A DNA stretch of 64,000 bases from Candidatus Niyogibacteria bacterium (lineage in GTDB: Bacteria; Patescibacteriota; Minisyncoccia; HO2-45-28): the NCBI GenBank assembly GCA_016432485.1, contig CP066691.1, positions 676,944 through 740,943 of the forward strand, given 5' to 3'. The translations under genes and the position numbers were made by a program. Numbering within the stretch: the stretch's first letter is position 1; every line of letters begins with the position of its first letter. The notes under the pieces were generated by a model. The model was not told the DNA's origin and did no database searches. It was given only the letters and a program-made list of their open reading frames with translations. This document shows, in pieces, positions 53,691-63,302 of this stretch.

Positions 53691-54509
53691 ATGGAAATTC
53701 ATCCGCAAAACAGGGGAAAGGCTAAAAAGATTTTTGATCTGGTTCTTTCAGAAGCCGGAGAGGGAAATAGGTGGGATAATGAGGAACCGGGAGTAATTGA
53801 TTTTATTTCCAAAAAGAGCGGTCTGAAATTGGGCCGCGAAGTGATAGGCAAACTTCTTTCAGAAGTTTGTGATGCGGGTTATCTGGAAAAGATTCTTGGC
53901 GGAAGGACGGGCCGAAAAATTGTTAGCCTGCGGATCCTCCGCCGCGAATGGCAAGAGAAAAGCGCTCAAAGGCCGCCACAGAAAAATAAAGAGACGGCCG
54001 CGATAACACCGGCGCCGAAGACGGCGGCAGATCGGAAAAAACCCGAAAAGCCAAGGCTGGTTTTGCTTGTTGATTTCGTCAATATAGAAACTACTTTGAT
54101 GAGCGCGTCTAAAGCCGTTGACGCAATAGTCGGCTTGGAAGGACCTCTGGTGAACATTGGCACGATTGAAGCCAAATTCAGTTTTATACCGTCCCATCGA
54201 TTAGATGGCGCGCTGGTCCTCTCACTCATTTATCGTCATCTATTGATTGTCTGTCCCAGAAATCTGCATAACGGAGTCGATAAGACTAAGGATAAAGACC
54301 TGGTTGACGCGAGAATGAGCAATTTGGTTAATATCATCGCTCTTTTTAACGATGACATATCGCACATTGTCTTTGTTTCAGGAGATGGAGATTTTCTCGA
54401 CGCAGCCTGTTATGCCAAAGACCACGGCAAGAAAGTGGTCGTGGCCGCTCCGATGGGACATCTTTCAAGGGCGCTTGAAAAAGTGGCCGACGAAATTATC
54501 TTTTTCTAG
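53691..54509 (+). CDS. NYN/LabA-like (PIN-fold) domain protein with N-terminal winged-helix-like region
   Basis: C-terminal LVLLVDFVNIE...VFVSGDGDFLDAACYAKDHGKKVVVAA matches NYN/LabA signature (SGDGDF). Confidence 0.6.
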   Translation: MEIHPQNRGKAKKIFDLVLSEAGEGNRWDNEEPGVIDFISKKSGLKLGREVIGKLLSEVCDAGYLEKILGGRTGRKIVSLRILRREWQEKSAQRPPQKNKETAAITPAPKTAADRKKPEKPRLVLLVDFVNIETTLMSASKAVDAIVGLEGPLVNIGTIEAKFSFIPSHRLDGALVLSLIYRHLLIVCPRNLHNGVDKTKDKDLVDARMSNLVNIIALFNDDISHIVFVSGDGDFLDAACYAKDHGKKVVVAAPMGHLSRALEKVADEIIFF

Positions 54510-54609
54510 TTTTGGTTTTCTGACGAAGTAGCCCGAAGGGGCAGCTCAAAGAGCTGCCCCTTCAATATTTTTACTTGTTTAAATCAAAAATCTATTTTAT
54601 CATTTTGGT

Positions 54610-56463
54610 ATGAAACTATTTTCCAGGAACATTTTTATAACCCTGTTTATTTTTCTTTTATTGGCCACGCTTTACCCCATGATTTTGGAGCAATTTAAGG
54701 AGGTTGAAGAAATCTCGCTTTCAGCTCTGGCTGAAAAAATTAAAGCGGGTAATGTTGAACGCATTGAAGTTTCCGGCGACACGCTTCAAGTTTTTACGGC
54801 CGGAGAACGGGAATTCGTCTCTAAAAAAGAGGCGGAGGCCGGACTTACCGAAACTCTTAAAAATTACGGCGTCACCACCGAAGAATTTTCCAAAATAGAC
54901 ATAGCCGTAAAAAATCCCACGGGTTTCGCTTTCTGGGTCGGAGCGATTCTTCCGTTTTTGGCGCCCTTTCTTTTGATTATTTTATTTTTCTGGCTAATTT
55001 CGCGCCAGGTCAAACAGGCCAATGTCCAAGCCTTTACTTTCGGACGCTCAAAAGCGCGGGTCATAATGCCCGACAACAAAAAAGACCGCGCCACTTTCGC
55101 GGATGTCGCCGGAGTTGAAGAAGCCAAAGAAGAGCTTCGGGAGGTTGTTGAGTTTTTAAAGACCCCGGCCAAGTTTTTAAAAATCGGAGCGCGCATCCCC
55201 AAAGGGGTTTTGCTGATGGGTCCTCCGGGAGCGGGCAAGACCCTTTTGGCAAGAGCCGTGGCGGGTGAAGCGAGCGTTCCGTTTTTCCACATATCGGCAT
55301 CCGAATTCGTGGAAATGTTCGTTGGAGTCGGCGCGAGCCGTGTTCGCGATCTTTTCAAAATGGCCAAACGCACGGCGCCGGCCATAATTTTTATTGACGA
55401 AATTGACGCTATCGGGCGCCATCGCGGCGCGGGATTGGGAGGGGGTAATGACGAAAGGGAGCAGACCTTAAATCAGATTTTAGTGGAGCTTGACGGTTTT
55501 GAACCGCATGAATCGGTAATCGTGATGGCCGCGACTAACCGGCCGGATGTTTTGGATCCCGCGCTTTTGCGTCCAGGAAGATTTGACCGTCGGGTTATCC
55601 TTGATTTGCCCGACCTTAAAGCGCGAGAGGCGATTTTAAAAATACATGCCATTAAAAAACCTCTGGCAAAAGAAGTTAACCTGCGCGTGGTGGCCGAACG
55701 GACGCCGGGTTTTTCGGGCGCTGATCTGCAGAATTTAATGAACGAGGGCGCGATACTGGCCGCGCGAAAAGACCAGAAACACATCATCCAGCAGGACCTT
55801 TTGATTTCAATTGAAAAAGTCATGCTCGGACCGGAAAGGAGAAGCCACATTTTAACGCCCGATGAAAAAAAGATCTCGGCTTATCACGAAGCCGGACACG
55901 CGCTGGTGGCCACAGCGATGCCCGCGGCCGATCCGGTGCATAAGGTCTCAATAATTTCCAGAGGCCGCGCCGCCGGCTACACTCTTAAATTGCCGATAGA
56001 AGACCGTCATTTATATTCCAAACTTCATTTTTTGGCCGAGCTTGCCGTGTCGCTTGGAGGATACGCGGCCGAAAAAATAATTTTCGGAGAACTGACCACC
56101 GGCGCGTCAAACGATTTGAAACAGGCCACGGCCGTGGCCCGAGATATGGTGACCAAGTACGGAATGTCCGAGAAAGTCGGGCCGGTTAACCTCGGTTCGG
56201 GCGAGGATATGGTTTTTCTGGGACGGGAGATTGCCAGCGGCCAGCATTATTCTGAAAAAATGGCTTCCGAGGTTGACGGCGAGGTGAGCCGTTTTATGCG
56301 CGAAGGATTCAAAAAGGCCACCGAGCTTTTAAAAAAGCACAAAAACATTTTGGAGGCCATTGCCAAATATTTGATTGAAAAAGAAACCATAGAGCGCGAT
56401 GAATTTAATAATCTGGTCAAATCCTTCGGATTGATTCCTAAAACGGCGTTAGAAACGGCTTAA
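54610..56463 (+). CDS. ftsH: ATP-dependent zinc metalloprotease FtsH
   Basis: N-terminal TM, Walker [12 protein letters not shown], zinc motif HEAGHAL. Confidence 0.9.
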   Translation: MKLFSRNIFITLFIFLLLATLYPMILEQFKEVEEISLSALAEKIKAGNVERIEVSGDTLQVFTAGEREFVSKKEAEAGLTETLKNYGVTTEEFSKIDIAVKNPTGFAFWVGAILPFLAPFLLIILFFWLISRQVKQANVQAFTFGRSKARVIMPDNKKDRATFADVAGVEEAKEELREVVEFLKTPAKFLKIGARIPKGVLLMGPPGAGKTLLARAVAGEASVPFFHISASEFVEMFVGVGASRVRDLFKMAKRTAPAIIFIDEIDAIGRHRGAGLGGGNDEREQTLNQILVELDGFEPHESVIVMAATNRPDVLDPALLRPGRFDRRVILDLPDLKAREAILKIHAIKKPLAKEVNLRVVAERTPGFSGADLQNLMNEGAILAARKDQKHIIQQDLLISIEKVMLGPERRSHILTPDEKKISAYHEAGHALVATAMPAADPVHKVSIISRGRAAGYTLKLPIEDRHLYSKLHFLAELAVSLGGYAAEKIIFGELTTGASNDLKQATAVARDMVTKYGMSEKVGPVNLGSGEDMVFLGREIASGQHYSEKMASEVDGEVSRFMREGFKKATELLKKHKNILEAIAKYLIEKETIERDEFNNLVKSFGLIPKTALETA

Positions 56464-56526
56464 AATGTAGACCAATAAAACTTTAAAAATTAAAATAAAA
56501 ACCCCGCGGGCATTGCCGAGGGGGTT

Positions 56527-57102
56527 TTAGGCCATTTTTATGACTTTCCGGATTATCCAGACGGCGATAGCGAAAGCGATTAAAGTATCAACAATCAACC
56601 AAGCGGGGTTAAAATAAATGATTATTGCTCCTAAAAGAACTCCAAGAGAACTATAGATGTCGGTGTCCAGACATAATTTGTATCTGTCCGCGCTTTTGCT
56701 TGAAAGCCCCCGGCCGCGCACTATGAATCTTTGCGCCGCGTTGCCCAAGAGCCCCAATATGGTTGCCCAAAACATAATAGGCGCTATGATACTCTCCGGT
56801 TTTAAGTAGCGCTCCACCGCTTCCCACATAAGCCAAGGGACAAACAAGAAAAGAAGCAGGAAAATAATAAGCCGGGAACCGACCCTGTCTATTTTTTTGC
56901 TTCCGGTCCAAAGAGCGATAATGACCAAGACCTCAGTCGCGGCGTGGGTGAATACATGAGCCGTGTCAACGATCAAGGCCTTGCTTCCGGATAATATTCC
57001 GCCGGTAAGCTGGATAAGAATAATGAGCGCCGATAAACAGAGATTAAGCCGGAAATAAGGCAGATCTTTTAAATTTCGCGCCGCGTCATGCTCATGAGGC
57101 AA
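56527..57102 (-). CDS. cation diffusion facilitator family transporter, transmembrane domain only
   Basis: SGSKALIVDTAHVFTHAA resembles CDF TM2 metal-site motif; lacks cytoplasmic C-terminal domain. Confidence 0.55.
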   Translation of the reverse strand: MPHEHDAARNLKDLPYFRLNLCLSALIILIQLTGGILSGSKALIVDTAHVFTHAATEVLVIIALWTGSKKIDRVGSRLIIFLLLFLFVPWLMWEAVERYLKPESIIAPIMFWATILGLLGNAAQRFIVRGRGLSSKSADRYKLCLDTDIYSSLGVLLGAIIIYFNPAWLIVDTLIAFAIAVWIIRKVIKMA

Positions 57103-57177
57103 TTCGTTTTACTCCATTTTTGCAGACGGGGTTTCTATAAAGATTTTAATAAAAATTAAATTAAAATCAAGTCAATA

Positions 57178-57747
57178 TTGTGTTTTTTTATCTTTTATTA
57201 TAAGATATTCACGGCCGACACGATGGAAATGTCCATCGGAAAGCCGGCATATTTAAGGGCCGATAGGCCGCGTTCCTTGATAAAGGAAGAAAAAATGGAA
57301 AAAGCGCCTGAATTTGTTTTACAGGATATTCAAAATATCCTTAATACATCCGAACGTCTTAATAAACGCAAAGACGAAATTAAAAGATTTTTAAAAATTA
57401 TAGAAGGATTTCTTACAGAAAGCGGCGAACTAGATCGCTTATCATCAGGATCAGAGATTACTAAAATCAATTTTAGAGAACCGCTTGAGAGTTATTCCTG
57501 CAGTATTTTGTCTAGGATTGATGCGTCATCTGGATGGAAAGGGAGAATGTTGTTTAGATTGTATGATATGGGGATTCAACAGAATGTATTAGATATTTCT
57601 TCAGATAATGTTAGCGGGCTTTCAAGACATTTGATGCCGATTTTTTATCTCGCATTGCCAGAAATTCTCGAGGCGCTGGTAAATTTGTTTCCTAAATTGG
57701 GGGAGAATATACAAGAACTTATTCAGATTTCTAATATGACACGATAA
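57178..57747 (+). CDS. hypothetical protein
   Basis: ORF only; start may be internal MEMSIGK. Confidence 0.3.
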   Translation: MCFFIFYYKIFTADTMEMSIGKPAYLRADRPRSLIKEEKMEKAPEFVLQDIQNILNTSERLNKRKDEIKRFLKIIEGFLTESGELDRLSSGSEITKINFREPLESYSCSILSRIDASSGWKGRMLFRLYDMGIQQNVLDISSDNVSGLSRHLMPIFYLALPEILEALVNLFPKLGENIQELIQISNMTR

Positions 57748-57816
57748 ACTAATTATAAAATTATAATCACTTTTTGATTCTTCGCGCAAAGCGAAGAATT
57801 TTTTTTGTCGAGATTT

Positions 57817-57888
57817 TGGGCACACCAGGACTCGAACCTGGAACCACCAAGGTATAAGCTTGGCGCTCTGCCATTGAGCTATGTGCCC
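57817..57888 (-). tRNA. tRNA with anticodon UAU (AUA-reading tRNA-Ile)
   Basis: Minus strand GGGCACATAGCTCAATGGCAGAGCG-CCAAG-CTTATAC-CTTGG-TGGTT-CCAGGTTCGAGTCCTGG-TGTGCCCA; cloverleaf fits, loop CU-UAU-AC. Confidence 0.7.
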
Positions 57889-58017
57889 ATCGCGATGAAG
57901 TCAAGGCGGGCGCATCATATTTTATATTATCGTTTCCTTGACTAATTTACAAGCCAATATATGCTGAAAATGGGTTGAAATTTGAAATAAAACATCCGTT
58001 TTAAGGAGGAGGCAACG

Positions 58018-60078
58018 ATGGCAGAGGTGCGGGAAAACGAGCGGCTGAAATATCACCTTCAAGCCGTGCTTAAAAGTGAAAGAAGGTTTGAGAACGTGAA
58101 TCAGGCCGTAACCAGAATGGTTTTGGCTGACGGCGTGGATAAGGTTTCAATAGCCGGAAGAACAACTTACGATTTCAGATTTTTCCGCAAAGGTCCAAAA
58201 CACATAATCGGCTGGCTTGACGAAATAAATGATTTTGTCAACTTTACGAAAGACGCGGCCGAAGGCGGACCATCTAAAGAAATGGCCTTTGTTTTGGTCG
58301 GTGAGCCCGGAAACGGAAAAACCTTTTTCGTGGATTATATCTGCGACAGGTATAAAAGGTTTACTTCCCTCCCGGAAAACAGGCGCTATACTTTTGAGTT
58401 TGCAAATTTAGACCAGCTTGGCGGATACGGAGGAATCCGTTTCGCCCAATCGCAGACATTTGAAGATCCGGTGATTTTGGCCATGAATTTATTTGAGTCT
58501 GTTGACGAAAACAAGGAGTATTTGCTCAAGTTCGGGTTTGGTGAACAGAGAATAGAGCAATTATTCGGAAACTACAGACCTCTGGGGGCTTGCACGGAAC
58601 ATATTTGGAACGAAATTTTTGTCCATTATGACGGCGACGTTGAGAAAGCTCTTGGGTCCGTAAAAATTGTTCCGGCGAAAATCGGCAATAAAAAATCCGG
58701 CGTTCTTACCGGCAAATATTCGGCTAAAGACAAGATTACTTCTTCCGCCGAGGATATTTTGGGAGATGAAGACCTAAAACGCATGCTTGATATTGAAGAT
58801 GCCGCGCATCCGTACAGATATAATGTCCGCCGGGGAGTGATTGCCCGCGTTGCCGGCGGAGGCATTCTCTTTTTGGACGAGTTTTTCAGAATCAAAAAAG
58901 ACCTTGTGCAGGTTTTTCTTCAGGTTATTCAGGACAGAATTATTGAATTAAGGGGCTTTTGCTGGTACCCGGATATGCTGATTATCGGCACCAGCAACAG
59001 TGATTCATATAAAGATTTTGTGGCCGAGAAGAGCGAAAGTCCGATTAAAGACCGCAGCAGGGTTTGCTATGTTTCCCACTGCACCGATTACAAACTTCAG
59101 CAGCTTTTGACCCGCTATTCTCTTGGTGTGGAAAAGAAGTCCACCGTTATCGGCGAAGAGATGCACGAAGATCCCAATCTCAATTACGCTTTATCGGTCG
59201 CGGTGACTCTTACCCGCCTTCCTCATAGCGACCAGCTTACTCCGGTTGAGACAATGAAATTGGAGGCCGGCGAGATTGCGGGTGATAAAAGCGTCAAGAC
59301 CTTAACGGAAATCAAGGGGACTTTGAACGCGAGCACCGATGTTACCAAGCGCTGGGGGCAAAGGGGCGTAGGACACAGAGGCCTCGGAAGATTTATTAAT
59401 ATTATGCTTGCTATGCCCGAAACACATGAGGGCAAGTGTCTTTTTGCTTACGATTGCTTTAAGGCGGCGGAAAGGGAAGTAATAGATTTTGGCTATGATC
59501 CCGCTGACCGTGAAAAGTTTATGAAAGACATAGCCATTGCCCGCAAGCTTTACCGAGAAAGAATTAAAACAGGTATTTATAACGCTTTTCGCGATGACCC
59601 CGAGGCTGTCCGTAAAGATGTTATGATCTATGTCAACATGATTATAGGCTTTGACTCGGACGCATTGGGTCCGGATAAGATATGGAGGCCCAAAGATCCT
59701 CAAACCGGAGAAGAAAAGCCGCTTAAAATAGATGAGAAATATATTAACAGCGTTGAATCCCGCCTGGGTCTTAATACCAAAGAAACAAGAGATTCATTCA
59801 GAACATCCATCAGAAGGATTTACGGTCAAAAAGCAACCATTGATCCCGATTACGATTTTATGGATAACGAGAGGCTTATCAAGGCAGTGACCGAGGTGCG
59901 TTTGGAGTCGGATTTCGCAGGCGCGGGTTCACTCATTGGCGCTCTGTCCAATCCTACAAACGAAGAAAACGCCCGGCTTCGCAACAGAATGATTGATACT
60001 ATGTTTAAGATGGGTTATTGCAGAACATGCGCGCAAAAAACAATTGAGTATTGGTGCGAGAAAGAAGACGAAGAATAA
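58018..60078 (+). CDS. prkA: PrkA-family AAA serine protein kinase-like protein
   Basis: Walker A VLVGEPGNGKT, PrkA-like blocks ...GGGILFLDEFFRIKKD..., IIGTSNSDSYKDFV..., C-terminal domain. Confidence 0.7.
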   Translation: MAEVRENERLKYHLQAVLKSERRFENVNQAVTRMVLADGVDKVSIAGRTTYDFRFFRKGPKHIIGWLDEINDFVNFTKDAAEGGPSKEMAFVLVGEPGNGKTFFVDYICDRYKRFTSLPENRRYTFEFANLDQLGGYGGIRFAQSQTFEDPVILAMNLFESVDENKEYLLKFGFGEQRIEQLFGNYRPLGACTEHIWNEIFVHYDGDVEKALGSVKIVPAKIGNKKSGVLTGKYSAKDKITSSAEDILGDEDLKRMLDIEDAAHPYRYNVRRGVIARVAGGGILFLDEFFRIKKDLVQVFLQVIQDRIIELRGFCWYPDMLIIGTSNSDSYKDFVAEKSESPIKDRSRVCYVSHCTDYKLQQLLTRYSLGVEKKSTVIGEEMHEDPNLNYALSVAVTLTRLPHSDQLTPVETMKLEAGEIAGDKSVKTLTEIKGTLNASTDVTKRWGQRGVGHRGLGRFINIMLAMPETHEGKCLFAYDCFKAAEREVIDFGYDPADREKFMKDIAIARKLYRERIKTGIYNAFRDDPEAVRKDVMIYVNMIIGFDSDALGPDKIWRPKDPQTGEEKPLKIDEKYINSVESRLGLNTKETRDSFRTSIRRIYGQKATIDPDYDFMDNERLIKAVTEVRLESDFAGAGSLIGALSNPTNEENARLRNRMIDTMFKMGYCRTCAQKTIEYWCEKEDEE

Positions 60079-60105
60079 AATCGCGATTTAAGCCCGCGCA
60101 GCTGC

Positions 60106-61512
60106 GTGGGCTTTTTTTGTGGGGTTTGTTGTTGTAATATGTGCCTGGAAGTGGATTTCGCGGAGCTTTTTGAAAGGAGGCGGACAGTGGTTAAAGAGTT
60201 TATGACGGAACTGGATATTTTAGGCGAGAACTCGGCGGCGAAAGAACGCCTTGAAAAGCTTTTTGGAGCCGGGCGCGACAAAAGACTATCCGCTAAAATT
60301 TCAGCCCTTGAATCATTCGATGATCTTTTAAATAGAGACAAGAAACGCGAAGATGACGGATTTAAGCCGAAAATAAAATTCAGGAGAATACTTGTTGGTC
60401 CGAATAAGATAATCGTGGTTCCGTATGTTGAGGAAGAACAATTTGTGCATGGAGAATTTGAGCCAACGAACATAGCTCAGCTTTCTCAATTGTCGGATGA
60501 AAAAGAAAAAGATATTGGGGAAACGATTGGACACGGCGACGGCGAAATCGGGGATATAATCAGGGAAGAGCCTTTGCGCGATTCCGGCGGCGACGGAGAC
60601 GGTGACGGAGATGGACAGGACCCCGGTAAAAACGCGGGCCAGGAGTCGGGCGATCATGGATTTGAAGAAGAGGCCTATGAAGCGGGTAAAAAACGAATGG
60701 AACAGCTTCAGCTTCCCAATACTAAAGAAAAACGTAAAAAGATTCCGACAGACGAGTATGTTTATGACCTGATCGACAGGCATAAGGGCTCGGGCCAGCT
60801 TTTGGACAAAAAAGAAACTTTAAAGAGAATTGTCCGCACAAATATTTTTCTCGGACGAATTAACGAGGATAATCTTGACCCGTCAAAGATGATAGTGGGT
60901 CCGCAAGACAAAGTTTTTCGCGTGCTTTCAAGAGAAAGGGTCTGGAAGTCGCAGGCGGTTGTCTTTTTCCTCCGGGACTATTCCGGTTCAATGTATGGCG
61001 AACCGACAAGAGCGCTTATTTCACAGCATTTGGATATATACGGCTGGCTTTTGGTTCAGTATGAAAGAATGGTTGTGCCGAGATTCGTAGTTCACGATAC
61101 TGAGGCCAAAGAAGTTTCCGCTCGTCAGTATTTTAAGCTTAGTTCTGGCGGAGGAACATCAATCATTTCCGGATACAAAAAAATAAATGAAATTGTTGAA
61201 GGCGAAAGTTTGGATAAAGACTATAACGTTTACGTGTTTCAAGGCACTGATGGCGATGACTGGGTAAAAGGCAGCGGGCAGACTCTTGCGGAACTTAAGA
61301 AAATTCTTGGATATGTGAATCGGATGGGTGTTACGGTTTTTAAGCATCCTTATCATATCGCGAACGGCAGAAAAACAACCTTTGAGGAATATATTGAAGA
61401 GGGAGGAATCTTGCAGGAGCGCGACGTTTTCAGAATGCATGTTATGTCAAGCGAGGAGGTGACTGAAGAGATGAATATTGAAGCGATAAAAGCGCTTGTG
61501 GATCAGGATTAA
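60106..61512 (+). CDS. YhbH/YeaH (DUF444) vWA-like protein
   Basis: Acidic GDGDGDG tract, MIDAS-like DYSGSM, follows prkA. Confidence 0.65.
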   Translation: MGFFCGVCCCNMCLEVDFAELFERRRTVVKEFMTELDILGENSAAKERLEKLFGAGRDKRLSAKISALESFDDLLNRDKKREDDGFKPKIKFRRILVGPNKIIVVPYVEEEQFVHGEFEPTNIAQLSQLSDEKEKDIGETIGHGDGEIGDIIREEPLRDSGGDGDGDGDGQDPGKNAGQESGDHGFEEEAYEAGKKRMEQLQLPNTKEKRKKIPTDEYVYDLIDRHKGSGQLLDKKETLKRIVRTNIFLGRINEDNLDPSKMIVGPQDKVFRVLSRERVWKSQAVVFFLRDYSGSMYGEPTRALISQHLDIYGWLLVQYERMVVPRFVVHDTEAKEVSARQYFKLSSGGGTSIISGYKKINEIVEGESLDKDYNVYVFQGTDGDDWVKGSGQTLAELKKILGYVNRMGVTVFKHPYHIANGRKTTFEEYIEEGGILQERDVFRMHVMSSEEVTEEMNIEAIKALVDQD

Positions 61513-61518
61513 GGAGGA

Positions 61519-63213
61519 ATGAACATGAAGCTCTTAGATCCGGCGGCAAAAAAAGATATGGAGGAATGCAAAAAAAGAGCCAGAGCCGCGGGCTTGGTAT
61601 TTCCCGACGACACTCTGGAATATTTTGTTACCAACCGCGATATGCTTGAATTGAGTCCTAAAGTTATGATTCCGACTCTATATGACCACTGGATTCAGGA
61701 TCTTGAAGTGGTGAGAAGTAAATGGATTTATGAGGCCTTTCCGCATAACCCCTATGAAACAGTGATTAATACAAGGCCCCCGATTTCTTTTTATAACGCC
61801 GATAACGCTGACTGGCTGAATGTTATGATTTTTTATCATGTTTTGGCTCACATAGACTTTTTTCAGAATAATATATTTTTCCGAAAAACCTGGGACGATG
61901 ATTTTTGCGGGCAGGCTTTGGCCGACAAACGGCTAATTAACCACATAAGAAAGGAATTGGGAGCCGAAAAAAGATGGGTTGATTATGTCATTGAATTTTC
62001 GAGCGCCATCGGAAATCTCGTCGGCTATTACCCCGAACTGGAAGAAGCTTCAAGGCAAGATGCGCCGGAGGTTTTCGGGAGAGTTTCCGAAAAAACAGAC
62101 TTTTATTTCGGGCATTTTCTTAAGCAGCGTTATGAAGCAAAAGTCATTGATTTGAAATTCTTTTTTGACGAAGTGGAACGCCGTAATCTCTTTCTTAGGA
62201 ATCATGGACGAGAACGCGGAGAAGTCGCTTTCTTTGAAGATGACTATCTTAAAAGCAGGTTTCCGGAGTTTAATGACGTGTTTAGGAAGTGGAAGGAAAA
62301 GAATCATAAACCAAAGCCAAAAGACCTTTTTGAGCATCTCGCGGAAAACTCGGAATTTTTGAATAAAGAAAAAAACAGATGGATGAAAGACGTGCTCCAA
62401 GTGGTCAGAAGGACAAATCTTTATTTTCAGGCGCAGATAAGGACAAAAAATTGCAATGAGGGCTGGGCCAGTTTGTGGCACGAAAGGCTGTTTATACCGG
62501 ACGAAAGGATTAAAACCCGCGAAACGGATTATGCCAAGGTTAATGCCGGAGTCGTTGTTGATCCGAGGATCGGACTTAATCCTTATGCTTTCGGCAAGCA
62601 TATGCTTGAATTTATTGAAGATATGGCAAGGCGCGGAAAATTGTCTCGCGGATATCAGTTGATTAAAGACGCGGAAATAAGGAAACATTACAATTGCGGC
62701 TCCGGAGAAGGGTTTGCTAAAAAAGTTCTCTTTGAAGCCAGAAAATATTTTGACGACCGCCTGCTTTTGAATTTTCTTTCCGACGACGATTTTCAGGATT
62801 TTACGGACAAGCACAAGTTTTTTGTGGTTGGAGCTCGTCTCAGCCCCACGAAGTGGGGCATGGCTGAACTATATATCAAAAGCAAAAGCGGCATAGAATA
62901 TCGCAGACTGCTCAACAAGCATCTATATCATCCTCCGCATATCGTGATTGACGAAAAAAGGAGCGCGGACGGCGGGTTGTATCTTGTTCATGAGTATGAA
63001 GGCAGAACTTTGTTTACAAAGCATATTCCGGAGGTTTTAATCGGCCTTGAGTTTTTGAGCGGCGGATGTGTTGCCCTTGAGACAACCGAATACGAAGAAG
63101 TAAATATGAAGCCGCAGTGGAAACATTTTTGGGAAGGGACGGAGCCGGAATTTAAAAAGGAGCGAGTTCGTTATACTTGTAAAGATAAAGAAGTTGAAAG
63201 GACGGTTTTATAG
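61519..63213 (+). CDS. spoVR: SpoVR/YcgB family protein
   Basis: NEGWASLWHERLF and YHVLAHIDFF motifs; operon position after yhbH. Confidence 0.65.
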   Translation: MNMKLLDPAAKKDMEECKKRARAAGLVFPDDTLEYFVTNRDMLELSPKVMIPTLYDHWIQDLEVVRSKWIYEAFPHNPYETVINTRPPISFYNADNADWLNVMIFYHVLAHIDFFQNNIFFRKTWDDDFCGQALADKRLINHIRKELGAEKRWVDYVIEFSSAIGNLVGYYPELEEASRQDAPEVFGRVSEKTDFYFGHFLKQRYEAKVIDLKFFFDEVERRNLFLRNHGRERGEVAFFEDDYLKSRFPEFNDVFRKWKEKNHKPKPKDLFEHLAENSEFLNKEKNRWMKDVLQVVRRTNLYFQAQIRTKNCNEGWASLWHERLFIPDERIKTRETDYAKVNAGVVVDPRIGLNPYAFGKHMLEFIEDMARRGKLSRGYQLIKDAEIRKHYNCGSGEGFAKKVLFEARKYFDDRLLLNFLSDDDFQDFTDKHKFFVVGARLSPTKWGMAELYIKSKSGIEYRRLLNKHLYHPPHIVIDEKRSADGGLYLVHEYEGRTLFTKHIPEVLIGLEFLSGGCVALETTEYEEVNMKPQWKHFWEGTEPEFKKERVRYTCKDKEVERTVL

Positions 63214-63302
63214 ACGGAATGTTTGGGGTTGTCAAATTTGACAGCCCTCTTTATTTTTCGTAGAAATAAAAAGGAGTTTTACGCGAAAAGGAGGTTGTCA
63301 AA

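Noticed and set aside
60595-60625. GACGGAGACGGTGACGGAGATGGA repeat as a regulatory repeat
   Set aside because: Encodes the acidic GDGDGDG tract characteristic of YhbH/YeaH proteins. Coding low-complexity, not a regulatory element.
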